From positions 52,697-116,696 of the forward strand of contig RHPI01002503.1 in assembly GCA_009103225.1 (NCBI GenBank): 64,000 bases of DNA, read 5' to 3'. Each line of letters begins with the position of its first letter. The first letter of the stretch is position 1. This document shows positions 41,230-52,831 of this stretch, one piece after another. The position numbers and the translations under genes were made by a program. Below the pieces are notes generated by a model. It ran no database searches and was not told where the DNA came from. It saw nothing but the letters and a program-made list of their open reading frames with translations. The stretch comes from Chlorokybus atmophyticus. Taxonomy: Eukaryota > Plantae > Mesostigma and Chlorokybus algae.

Positions 41230-44200
41230 ATGCCTGCGCCAACGTCGACTGGGACCGGGAGTCCCACTGCCGGAGGCGGCGGCGGCGGAGAGAAGGCGCC
41301 GCGGGCGAGGCGGGGCGCCAGGCCGCTGGTGTTGGCGGTGCTGCCGGCATTAGGGTTTCTGGCTTGCGTGCGGCTTCTACTACTTCCATCTTCAGCTCCC
41401 GCCTCCTCTATAGCTGCCTCTCTCTCCTCTTCCACGTCCTCCTTCTCCTCCTCCTCGTTGTCCTCCTCAACCTTGCCGGCCTGGTCTCTCCCGCCTTCTG
41501 CTAGTAGAGGAGGCAGCACCAGCAGGCGGTCAGCATGGATGCTTGGTGCAGCAGGCGCCGGCGGGTGCGAGGGTAAGGTCGACAGATGGCTCGCCTCCCT
41601 GCCGTCCTTCGAGCAGGAAGTACGACTCAACAACAACCTCAAGCAAGGGTGGGACCTGGCCTTCTTCCTGCATGTGCCGCGCACAGGCGGCCGCGTGCTT
41701 CACCAGGTTGGTCGCAGCATGCATTTTGCATTGTCAATGTGGATGCGAAACGAGTGACACACAACATGATCACTCTCACAAGTGAACAGCAGAGTGACAG
41801 GCACATGCGCAACAACTTGAATACGTCTGTGAGCCGCACATGCACGGGCACACACACGCTCTTGCACGCACACGCGTGTATGCACGCACGTCCCGCATTT
41901 GCAAGAATCAGCACATGCATCAATCCTCAACACTTGTACGATGCTTCACAAGATCTACATCTGCTGATTGTTGTGCTGTGTTGCTGTTGTTTGTGTGCCA
42001 GTGCTTCATGCGGGCGGCTGTGCCCGTCTCCGACAGGTGTCCCCGGGCGTACGACAAGATGCGTTTGCGCGGCGAGAAGCCGTGCAGGCTTCTCGTCTCT
42101 CACGACGACTATTCCGTCGTGACGGAGGCTTTGGACAAGCATGCCTTTGCGACGAGGCCGCGCATGCTCGTACTCGGACACGTTCGCGACCCCGTCTCAC
42201 GCATCCTGTCCGCGTACGAGTTTGCTGTTGAGGTGAGAGACATGCAAGAATGTTGCATATTGTTGTGTGTTGATTTCCTAAGATGTGTGTGAATGAGTTG
42301 TGATCAGCGCCTGGTTGCAACTCTTAGCAAAGCTGCGCTAAGTGTGGGTTGCTGGCAACCGCATGCTTAAATGCATATGTTTGTTTTGGTCAACAGGAGA
42401 CTTGTGCGTGGCCAATGCAATTTGGCATTCAGCATTTGCATTTGCATGTGCATTTGTCATGAATGCATAAGAAGCAAACATTGCACATTGTACACATTGC
42501 TTGTTGTACGTATGCGGCATGAGTAACACACAAAGGATGTCACTCTCACATGTGTAATATGCACCAAGTGTGTCGCTCATCACCTAACGTACTGTTTAGA
42601 CTTAGGCAGAGGCACAACATGTAGTATGCATGTGCGACACGCATGCACACACACGCGCACACACGCATACACGCACGCACATCAGTGAGAGTAGGCACAT
42701 GCAGTGAGGTACAGCACTTTGTACTCGCACACATGCACACACACATGCAGAGAGGAGAGGAGTTGGATTGTATACTATGTGCTTAGTGTACTTGTGGTTT
42801 GTGGAGGCATCATGCTTATGAGGCACATGCACATACAGGTCTCCATGCGATCGCGCCCAAGAAACGACATCAACGCCGCATCGTGGCTGCGTCATAGACA
42901 AGCCGCTGTCCGAAGTGGCACCAGCACGTGGTTTGATCTACAACAACGGCAAGCAACAACAACACAAAGGAGCAACAACAACATCACCACCACCAATAAC
43001 AACAACACGGCGAACGCTCCGAATACGGCCGGGTTGAGCACGCGCTCCGTGTGGCCGTGGTCAATACTGGTCCCGTTCCTGGACGAGGACATGCGCGTGC
43101 GAGCTGAGACGAACAACAGGAAAAACTTGCAACAACAATCCAACACGGGCTCCGCATCGTTGGACCCATACGACAACCCGCACGTGATGTCGCTAAGGGA
43201 CTTCATCCGGCACCCGCTCGTATACGAGCTGCTTCACAACGGAGCCACACTTCAGCTGCTTGGCTTGACCAACAACTCGTGGTACGATGGCGTTAAAGAG
43301 TTGCGGGATTGCCTTGCTTATGCTCCACCCGCAGTAAAAGAGCAAGTGCTTGATGCCGCGAAGAGACGCCTGAGCTCCCTGCCTTTTGTTGGCATTACTG
43401 AGCAACATGCGAACTCTGCGCGGCTTCTGGCTCACACGCTTGGATGGTCGCTCTCGTCACCGTCCTACCAATTGATGCCATGTGAGTCACAATCAGATGG
43501 TTGCTGCTGCGTCTACTTGCTGTTCATTGACTGAGCTGCAACTCGTGTCCGTTTGCAGTCTCAATTTCCGGTCGACAGCCGCGCATGCGGGCTTTTCAGA
43601 GCTCATGGCACCAGCGGTCTGATACAAAAATGAGCCAGGTGGTGAGTTGAGAACAATGCTTTGTTGCAACTCAGGCTGCACCGATGTAGAAGAATGCATA
43701 CAATCATCCTTCAATTGTGACAACTTTTACCGTGGTGTCTCAGCGACAACCGAGCCCAGTGTCGTTGGGAGCCCATTACCTTACATGTACCGAGCAGCAT
43801 CGCTCGCGCCAGAGAGTCATTCCTTCACGCAAGGGTTCGTCACGCGATCAACCTGGGCTAAACAGCCAGTTAAGGTTCTCATCAGAGGTGCGTGATGATG
43901 TCTTTTACTTCATGAAGTTGAAGGATGGTTTCAAGCACTGGATGGTATTGATTGTTTATCTTTTGTTCCAGACCCGCAAGAAGTTACCTGAGGACATAAT
44001 TGCCTACATACGCCAGGCAAACAGCTTGGACACTGAATTGCACACGTATGCAACTCACCTGTTCAACACAAGGCTGGTAAGCTCGGGGTTAGTGCTCTGT
44101 ATGCATTGAACTGACATTACACATGCCAGAAGGGAGACGTGGAGTGAAACAGTTGCAATGCTGCGCATGCTTCCGTTTGCTGAGTTGGCAGACACAACAC

Positions 44201-44714
44201 TCATTTGCTCTTATTGCGATATGTTATAGGCTGCAGCAGAGGAGCAGGGCTTGGAACAGCTGCCTCCAATGGAAGAAGTGCAGAAGCTCATGCAGCGCGG
44301 TCAGTCCAACGCACCCGCTGGCACTTTGGCTGATCGGAAGCAGGCGCTGATCACAGCGAGACCCTCCGACGTGCCACACCTGTCATCTCTCAAACCGGTA
44401 CGAATCTGAGTGCACACACTGATTGTGCATTGTGTCATCAGCACGAATCTTTGGACAACAGTTGATGGTGCATTGTCGTACATGTTGCAGACAAATGTTT
44501 GCATGTGCACCCTTGGCTGCAGGATGGTGTGATGCAAAGCAATGCAGAGCGCGCAGAGGATGTCCAGTTGTTGGATGTTGTGGACACGCAAAATGATGAT
44601 GATGACCCTTTGCAAAGCAGCGGTGATGTATATGATGCAACCGATGCGGTGCAGACGGATGATGCCACAGGTGGGGGACAACACCAGGTATCCGTTGAGC
44701 AACACGTAAAATAG
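41230..44714 (+). CDS. TPST: Plant-type tyrosylprotein sulfotransferase-like protein; multi-exon
   Basis: FFLHVPRTGG (PAPS-binding), CPRAYDK, SHDDYS, VRDPVSRILSAYEFAVE, VWPWSILVP, DPYD, LHNGATLQLLGLTNNS and AKRRLSSLPFVGITEQH follow the Arabidopsis TPST motif order as I recall it. Confidence 0.88.
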
Positions 44715-45831
44715 CAACTGGTTCTAGCCGGCTGTTCTGTGACATCAGCACGTGATGTCGTTGCTTAGGTGATGATGTAATTGTAACAACGCAGCAGTTA
44801 TATAACGAGACTTGTACAGAATAAAGAAACTCACCACCTCGTATCAGCGCCGTAGAAACTGTTAGGCGCTTGGTACACATTCAATAAGTTATATTCCCCA
44901 ACCAGATAGTGGTGGTTCATGTGAGCACTGCTTGATCTTGAGATTTTGCAAAATGTGCTTCACTTGGGAAGGGTTGTGGGGTACACAGGTAGCAAAGACT
45001 GTTGTTAAGGCCTTGGTCACAAACCAACAGTTGGCAACGGTGTCAATTTGGACTGATAGGCAAAATAGTCTTACTGACATGATGATGCAAGTGCACTTGC
45101 ACACGCACATTCACATGCACAGCGCGTACATCAACGTGTATCTGACGTTTGCATACATCAACAAAAATATCAGATGTTCACATGTATACAATGTCCAATA
45201 TATAAGTGTATAGCAAGCATGCGATACACATTATATGTCTATACACACACACATTTACATGCACAGTGAGCACAGTAACATTTGCATACATCAACAAAGA
45301 CATTGAGTGTTCACACGCGCATGATTAGCAAGATACAAGCATGTACTACGCATGTGATGCATATGGCATGGCTACTGCATCACATAACCAACGGCTTGCA
45401 CCACAGTATGTACGCACAGCGCACGCGTGCACACACACACAAGTGGCATGCGTGGTGTTGCAGTCACAAACACATAAACAGCACAACGTGCAACAGCAGA
45501 GCTGCATGCACAGTACACACAAGAACAGTACGTACACAGGCATAGGAGTACACAATGTACGGTAGGCCAACAAGGTGCATTAATGGTACAACTTTTTGCG
45601 CACAGACTTCATTGACCACAGGCTATACAACTACCTAACAGTGGTAGAACATACCAAAGCTACGCTACCTCTTCTAAGTAGTGTACCAACTGTACAGCTC
45701 AGTGTATAGACTCAAACAAGCCTACAACCAAAAAGCGAGAGAGACAAAGAGAGAAAGAAAGCTACAAAACCATACTCAAACTCGTGCAGTCAATCCGGTG
45801 ATCTCAACACTGAACTAAACGACCCAATCCT

Positions 45832-48032
45832 CTAAGACCGCGGCACAAAGGTCGCATCATAAGGACCCAGTGGCGGTCCTTGTCCGGGCACGTCCGTAAT
45901 ATTATACCCTTGTCCAAACTCGGCCCCGGACGCCTCCAGCTGCACCTTCTTCGGCGCCGGTTTCGGCAGGATCGGGGACCGGTTCAGGCTGCAGTTGCGA
46001 CCGGCGTTGGACAGAGTGCGGACGCGGGTGCGGTAACCGGGGTAGCCCTGGTAGCCGTCCACTTGGTCGGCATAACCGGCGGGAGTCTTGATCTGACCGA
46101 AGATGCCAGTGGGGAAGAAACAGCCGCGGCCGGTGGAGGCACCGTTGGTAAGGATGCGAAGAACCTGTGAGGAAGGGGGAAGGTTAAGTAGAGCAGTACC
46201 GACATCATAAGATCGGTTGGTAATGTTGAAAAAATGGTTGTGAGAGTGTGCAAGTGTATGCACACTTGTATATGCATGCATGCACATTCAAATAGTTGCA
46301 CATACACAAACACACACGCAAGCACATATGCATACATACGTGCATGCATGAGCAATGTTACACACACGCTCACGTGCGCACGTGCACACACATCCACCTA
46401 CACCCACCTGTTGCGGTGTCCTCGCACTGCACAGTCCCCTAATATCCGTCGGCACCAGGTTAATCTTCAGCGTCGGCACCGCGATGAAGTTGGTATCGAA
46501 GTTGTAGATCCCCTGGTCGATCTCCAGCGGTCCATCCAAACTATCTCTATGGTTCGACACCGCCAAGACAAAGTCGCTCACGGACACACCGTAAGGGTGC
46601 ACGGTCTCGTTGCGACGCTCCCAGATCATCATGCGGTCAACGGCGGACTGGTAAGAGGCGGAGGTGGCGAGACCGGCAACGCCGGCGGCAATGCCAGGGT
46701 TGCTGCAGAGAAGGATGCTGCCCTGTAAAGGAAATGTGGACATGTTGGTGAATAACAAGGCAGTGGAAGAGGATGGAAGCACAGATGAAACGACAATGTG
46801 GGTGGGTGGTACACACAGCCATTGTGTATGTTCATGCGTACAGTCAAAACCAGACAGGTACACACACGGACACCAGCACAGAAAGAGATAGAGGGAGAGG
46901 GCGAGACAACTTACACTCTACGTATCTATAACATACCGTGTCGCCGGTGGCCCCAATCTCCTCAAGTGTCCACATGCTCAGCAGGAAGTTGACGTCGTTG
47001 GCGTAGGGGTCGAAGCGCGGGGTGGGGGACATGCCAAGAGCGGAGTCAAAGAAGTCGGCGAACGCGGTGTCGATGTTGATCTCGGGGCAGGGGTTGGAAC
47101 GCTTACCAAGAACCTCGCGGATGAACCTGTGTGTGGGTGTGGGTGTGGGTGTGGGTGTGTGCACTTTTGGACAGTAATGTGGAAACCAACATGAATAAAA
47201 GTGTGATGCTGCAAGTAGGGTTTGTATAATTTGACTCCCTTACCGCACATGGCCTTCCTCGTCAAGGGCAACCTCCTCAATCCATGACTGCATCTCATTG
47301 CTGAGCTTGGCCTTCCTGCAAAAGGTGCAAAGCACAGGTAGCAACTATCAGCACTAACCCTTTCAACACACAACATACAAGATACACACGATGGTGTGAC
47401 GCAAGTGTGTGGCTCTCACCTTCCGCCAATGGCACGGCCGTAGCCCTTGCCGGTTGGTGACAGCAGGTCGAGTGGGATGTCGTGGCCGAACGCGGCAAAG
47501 GTGTCGAAGCGGGACTCCAGGCACTCCGTGTTGGTCAGGAAGTCCAGGACGTCCTTGTCGGTGATGGCGCCGCTGGGAGAAGCGGTCTTGGCAGCAATGG
47601 CACCTGTGGGGATGTGTGGGTGGGTGGGTGGGTGCATGCGTGACTTTGTGAGTGAGCATGGTGTCGAGAAAAACCCTGACCTTAGCAATAGTATGGCATA
47701 GGCATGAACTATATATAGAGTCCTGTGCACGCATTCATGTGTACATGCATCTGTGCTGCTGTTACCTTGCACTTCGGCTGCTTGCTGCTGGGGGATCTTG
47801 TAAGGTCCATCCTGGTCCTCGGTTGTGAGGTCACCGGTTGCCAGCAGGCCGTAGCGGGTGGGCAGGGCGCAGTAGCTTGCGCTGATACAGCTGAGCGCTA
47901 GCAGAAGCACCAACACTGCAGACTGCACACATACAAGAAACACGTTGAGTCACCGACGTCAGAGTGTATTTGCACAAGTCCAACATCTGCATGCTGCGCA
48001 ACTCTGCCTGTGCTAGTGCTCACCTTGGCCAT
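45832..48032 (-). CDS. Secreted ferritin-like desiccation-related protein (PCC13-62 family); about 7 exons
   Basis: Signal peptide MAK/SAVLVLLLALSC; DKDVLDFLTNTECLE; IEEVALDEEGHVR; FDPYANDVNFLL; NLVPTDIRGLCSARTPQQ/VLRIL; GCFFPTGIFG. Confidence 0.85.
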
Positions 48033-48946
48033 GGCTGCTAGTTGTCAACCTCAACCTTGATTCAAGACGGGTAGCGATGTTCTATATATATACAGTTGCA
48101 TGGGGACTGCCGGTTGCCCTACCGTGACTTCACCTACCACAATCATCACAGCCTGATTCACAGGCATCATGACCAGCATCAACGTGCGTGTCAGTTGTGC
48201 GTGCCGCGTGTTTGTCGGCATGCATGCCGTGGCTAAGCTGCATGCCTTAAGCGCTGATGAGGCTCATAAGTGCGCATCATGTCAAGTGGTCCACTTGAAG
48301 TGACCCACTGGCTGACATGATGGGGACGGTAGATATCCTAACTGGTTGGTACATGTATCATGGGGAACAAAGTACCAGTACCAAACTAGTCCAGTCGTCT
48401 ATGCAACAAGGCCGCCACGTCAACAGGCAGGGTCAGATGCTACACTTGTGCTGTCGCTCGTCGCGTTGTCTGCCACATACCCGTGACGGATGGGACAGAT
48501 CCCCAACGATATCAACTTTCACCATTAGCTCCAGTCCTAGACTGTATCCTTGCCACAGCATGTGCACTGCTGTGGATCACATTGTACATGCTGTGGATTT
48601 AGGGTTAAGAGGCCCACAAGCTCAGCCCAAGTGTTGCGCTCCGCGAACTTGAATGGTGCGCAAGTGTTCAGCACTTATTGTTGGTTGCGGTGGCCGCCGC
48701 CGACGTGGAGAGCGAAGCCGCGTCCGAAGCCAAAACATGTCGGGACTTTTGCAAATCTCGGAGTCACACGCTCCACGTCAGAGTGGCGGGAGATCTCAAT
48801 GGCGACAGGCAGCAGTGATTGCGGTGCAAATTACGGGTTTCGCCAGGTTGCACCAGAGGGTGTCCGTTCTGGTGAGTGGCGAAACCTGCCAATTTTGCCG
48901 TTGAATAGTCCATATATCTAAGTGTAAAGGTGTTTTAGAAATTGAA

Positions 48947-49096
48947 GAACATCCGGGCTCGCAGCCAGATGATACTTAATTTTAGTAACGATCCTATACA
49001 GCTCATAACACATGCTTGCTCTACTAGATCATATTTTGGCAATGAGGCTCAGCCTCGGATGAGAGTCCTCATCGAGGCTGTGCATACTAGCAAAGC
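48947..49096. repeat. Split direct repeat B2 (150 bp), copy of 49583-49731
   Basis: GAACATC(C/T)GGGCTCGCAGCCAGATGATACTTAAT...CATACTAGCAAAGC occurs twice, about 85% identical by eye. Confidence 0.9.
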
Positions 49097-49275
49097 TGCG
49101 GAAAACAGTGCGAAATGCTCATCGGACGACTGGGAGTGCACATTCAGCCATGTGAGCTTTAGCTGCCACATGGACGACACTGCTCACTCGCTCGCCGTCA
49201 AGCAGCATGACAGTACTTCACACTGTGGCTGGTGGCGGCGGTGGTGGTGGCAGCCCGGTGGGTGGGTTGGGCGCG

Positions 49276-49588
49276 CACTTGAGCAAGCAAGATGGCGCTT
49301 ACAGCGCCAAGGAGGATGGCAACAACAACAACAACGGCAGCCACTGCAGCCGCAACAGTTGTAGGCATGCCACGTGTGGTGAGGCTACTAGCTGCTCGGA
49401 TTCTGGGCATTGCCCATCTGGCCGGCACTGCTGACAGCGACGGCGTCGTTCCCGAGGGGCAAGACGACGCGACTGCGCACAATGGGCACGCACATGCGCA
49501 CATCTGCTTGTGCGTCCTCACACATCACAATATTGCTATTAAAAGTATACATCTTGCCAGCCAATGGCAAGTATTAATGCGTGAACAT
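49276..49588. repeat. Split direct repeat A2 (313 bp), copy of 55339-55651
   Basis: CACTTGAGCAAGCAA...TAATGCGTGAACAT occurs twice, about 85-90% identical by eye. Confidence 0.92.
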
Positions 49589-49731
49589 CTGGGCTCGCAG
49601 CCAGATGATACTTAATGGTAGTAACGAGCTTATTCGGCTCATAACACATGCTCGCTCTACTAGATCAATTTTGGCAGTGAGGCTCAGCCTTGGATGGAAG
49701 TCCTCATCGAGGCTGTGCATACTAGCAAAGC
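49583..49731. repeat. Split direct repeat B1
   Basis: Matches 48947-49096 and overlaps A2 by the hexamer GAACAT. Confidence 0.9.
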
Positions 49732-49893
49732 CGATTCTCACAGCTCCCTCACTGCCAAAATTGCACTACATGCAGAAGCACGACCGCTCAAGCTGTGGAA
49801 GCTTACGGTCGTGCCCTGCAAGTGGCAACATTGGGTCATGAGGAGAGGCCCTGAGTGGGGTCTCAGCATGGATGAGCACAGCTACTAGCAGCT

Positions 49894-50860
49894 GTGGCTG
49901 CCTCACGAGAGTTCAGCATGCATGCTACTGGAGCGGAACATCAGCGTGCCAACACTGTAGCATTGAGGAAATTTGCTACCTTTGTGCAAGAGCACGTGGA
50001 GAGCGTACTGAGTGTGGGTCCATACTTTGTACGCGCATACCTGCACGGACATCGGTTGCCCGTGCACGGGGCACAGGCTCGATGCAACGACAATGCAGAG
50101 AGGCTTACGTAGCAGCTGGCTCACTACAACATAGTCAACCATCCGGCCAACGGTTATGCTTGGTCGGGGCAATGCGTGGGATCCCGTGCTGCTCATTGGC
50201 AACCCTTGCTCAGCACCTGAGTTACAAGAGTACCCAAAGGGTTACCAGCGTGTGCTGGTAGCTGACGGATGGCATCCCCGGCAGGCCCAGCCACTGCATG
50301 CGAGCCACATTGAACAGTTGTTGAGGCACATAATTCAGCAAGTAGGCAAGGCTGTTGGCATACCTCAGCTACTACTGATGCGTGATCAGCTGTTGTATTC
50401 ATACTTGTAGAGCACCTGGCAACGCGGGGGGGAAGCGTGCAAAGTACGGGTCGACAGTGTCACCAGCAATTCTAGCGGGGTGCACGTGTAACCATATACC
50501 TTGAAGAACTGGAAGGATCAAGCAGCTCCATCAATTCCTGTGCGGGATGCAGCCAGTTATCATTTAAGCACAAGCTGGAAATTCTTGCCCAAGCTGTTGT
50601 GTGCAAGATGCCGTTGGGCACTGGTTACGTCTTCCGCGGGTTACACCAAAACCGGCGTTCATGGCTGCCACAGCCACTTAGCTATGCCGCTGCCAACAGA
50701 ACATTCATGCAGCATGTTTTAGACAGTGGCGTAGAGATAGAGGTCTCATTGCATAGCTTCCGAAGAGGGGGAGCTCAACATGGCTTGGGGCATGACTGTG
50801 GAAGAAATGCAAAGGCAGGGAGCCTGGCACCACTCACATGGTCACGCATTACATACAGGT
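49894..50860 (+). pseudogene. Tyrosine recombinase of the DIRS element (stops and frameshifts)
   Basis: GNPCSAPELQEY..GY, RDQLLYSYL*STWQRG (catalytic Arg), SLHSFRRGG (HxxR), then GAW and MVTHY in shifted frames. Confidence 0.85.
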
Positions 50861-50876
50861 GAGCGCTTGGACGAGT

Positions 50877-52610
50877 TTAGAAAATAATAATCAATAGAGC
50901 CACATATGCAAAGCGTCCTGGGCTATGTACATGGTCTGGCACTCTAGGCCCTCTGACAAACAAACGGTCTCCTGGTGGAAAAAACATGGAGTCGTGCATA
51001 GGGAGTTGCAATAGTTGCACCCACCAAGGTTTGTGCACCCATTCTGGCACCAGCAGCACGCAATTGCGCTGATGGTGCGCTACCAGGCGCACTGCCAGCG
51101 CGACCAACGTAAACGGGGGAAGCACCCAAGCCAGCCCGTCGGTGGCGACATTTCAGTCCGAGGTAAGCGCGTTGCCAGCTGCTTCAGGGCTGCTGGCCGC
51201 AACAAAAAACATCTGTGCCTTTGCATTAGCCTCGGAGGCGAAACAATCCAACGTAGGCTGACCCCATCTGCTGGTCAGCAGCTGCGTTGACGCCGGCGCC
51301 CAGCTCCAGTTGCCAGCGTCTGGTGCTCGCGAAAGCGAGTCAGCCTCCTGCAAGCAGACCCGCGGCTGCCAGCAGCAATGCAGCTGCCAGTCCTGCTGCC
51401 ACAGGACTTCCCACAATTTGTACAGCTCCAGTCGCAGGTGTGCATTACCTGCCGTCAGCTTGCTGAGATTGCTCAGCGCCGGCTGGCAGCCCCCCTGCAA
51501 GGTGACTACCACATGGCGCAAGCCTGGCTGGCGACGCGCCAGCTCGCACACTATTCTGATGTATGCTAATGCTTCCTTAACTGACGGCGCCAGCAGCAGC
51601 TCTTGTTCAGTAAAGTTTCCTTGCACAGGACCCCACGGCGTGACGGTCCCCAAACCATGCGTACCTGATGCATCAGTCCGCAGTAGCACCGAAGCCGGTG
51701 GCTTCCACCAGGCGCAGCTCTGAGCTGCATACTTGCGCAAGTGTACTAACAGCCACGTCAAGAATTGCTTGGTGTTTTCTGGAGAGGCGAACAGGCTGTC
51801 CCAGCTGCTGGCGTTAGCAAGAGGTTCACGCAACGTGCGAGCGAACAGCAGCACTGGCGGCATGGCCAGTCTCAACGACACTAACTTTCCTGCTATGCTG
51901 ACGAGCTGTCTTGCCGTTAGTTGGGGCTGAGCAAGTAGGGCAGCAATGTCATCTTCCAGTAGTTGTAGCTTGCAAGGGGGAACAGCAAAAGCACCCGTTT
52001 GTGTGTCCACCATTAAGCTTAGCAGCTTCAGCAATTGTGTGGGGTACGGGGTGCACTTAGGCAACCCGAGGAAGCACCCCAGAGCCGCGAACAGTTGCGT
52101 CAGCAATTTCGTTTGCCACATCAAGTGCTGCTTGCGTGGTGCGCCAGGTGCATGTCATCAATGTATGCCAATGTACCAAAGCCGAGCATCCGCAGTGGTC
52201 CGTGAATCACTTGCTGCGTGATGGTGAATGCGAAGCATGCATAATCAAGACACAATCAAGACCAAAGGGAAGGACATTCCGTTGGAACACCTGGCCTTGA
52301 TATGAGATACACAAGAACCTGCGGTGCTGAGGACGTATGAGAATGTGATGATATCCTGACTTCATGTCGAAGCTCGCTTGCCACCAACCTTTTTGTGTAT
52401 ACTGCAAGATATCGATTAATTTCTCATAATGAAAAGGGGTGTATGCCAGGAAAAGATCGACATATCGTAAGTCAATCACCAACCTAAGTTTAGGCTGTGC
52501 GACCACGCCCATGCCTGACACAACTTGCTGTGTTGCATCAGTTTGCAGCGGGGTGATAGCACCGGTGCACACCAGGGTTGCTGAGCTCGCGTTGCACAAA
52601 GTCCGCATGT
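50877..52610 (-). pseudogene. Reverse transcriptase + RNase H + methyltransferase-like domain of the DIRS element (frameshifted)
   Basis: KLRLVIDLR, SFDMKSGYHHI, VLPFGL, YIDD (52154-52165); RNase H TDAS..EALA..EADSLSR; MT-like DCFAS.ANAK, GNAL, PPF..LLVPEWVHKPWW. Confidence 0.9.
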
Positions 52611-52831
52611 TCTATCACTGAGGCTCTATTGCGGAGCAGCAGAGGGGTGGGGGTACGCTTCAGCAACGCTACCTGGCGTTGCGCAAAGTCCCAACCTTCC
52701 TCCCGCAACATTCGTTCAACTTGCCTCAACTTTTTCTGCGGGGCAGCACTTGTGCCCACGAAATGCAATGGCAACCCATGCCGAATCCAACCCAGTACTT
52801 TTCTTGCTGCTGGGTGTTCCGCGTGCTCCAG

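Noticed and set aside
37606-47162. CCAC/CA/GT-rich low-complexity tracts in introns of the acylase, TPST and PCC13-62
   Set aside because: Simple-sequence expansions with no consistent strand or shared ends, so no support for Introner-type elements.
2390-48032. Genome-wide TAA/TAG=Gln code, as in some ulvophytes
   Set aside because: petC, hisD, taxilin, TPX2, the CofE-like gene and PCC13-62 end at TAG and the acylase at TAA, at the expected C-termini. No internal TAR codons were seen in the conserved exons I read.
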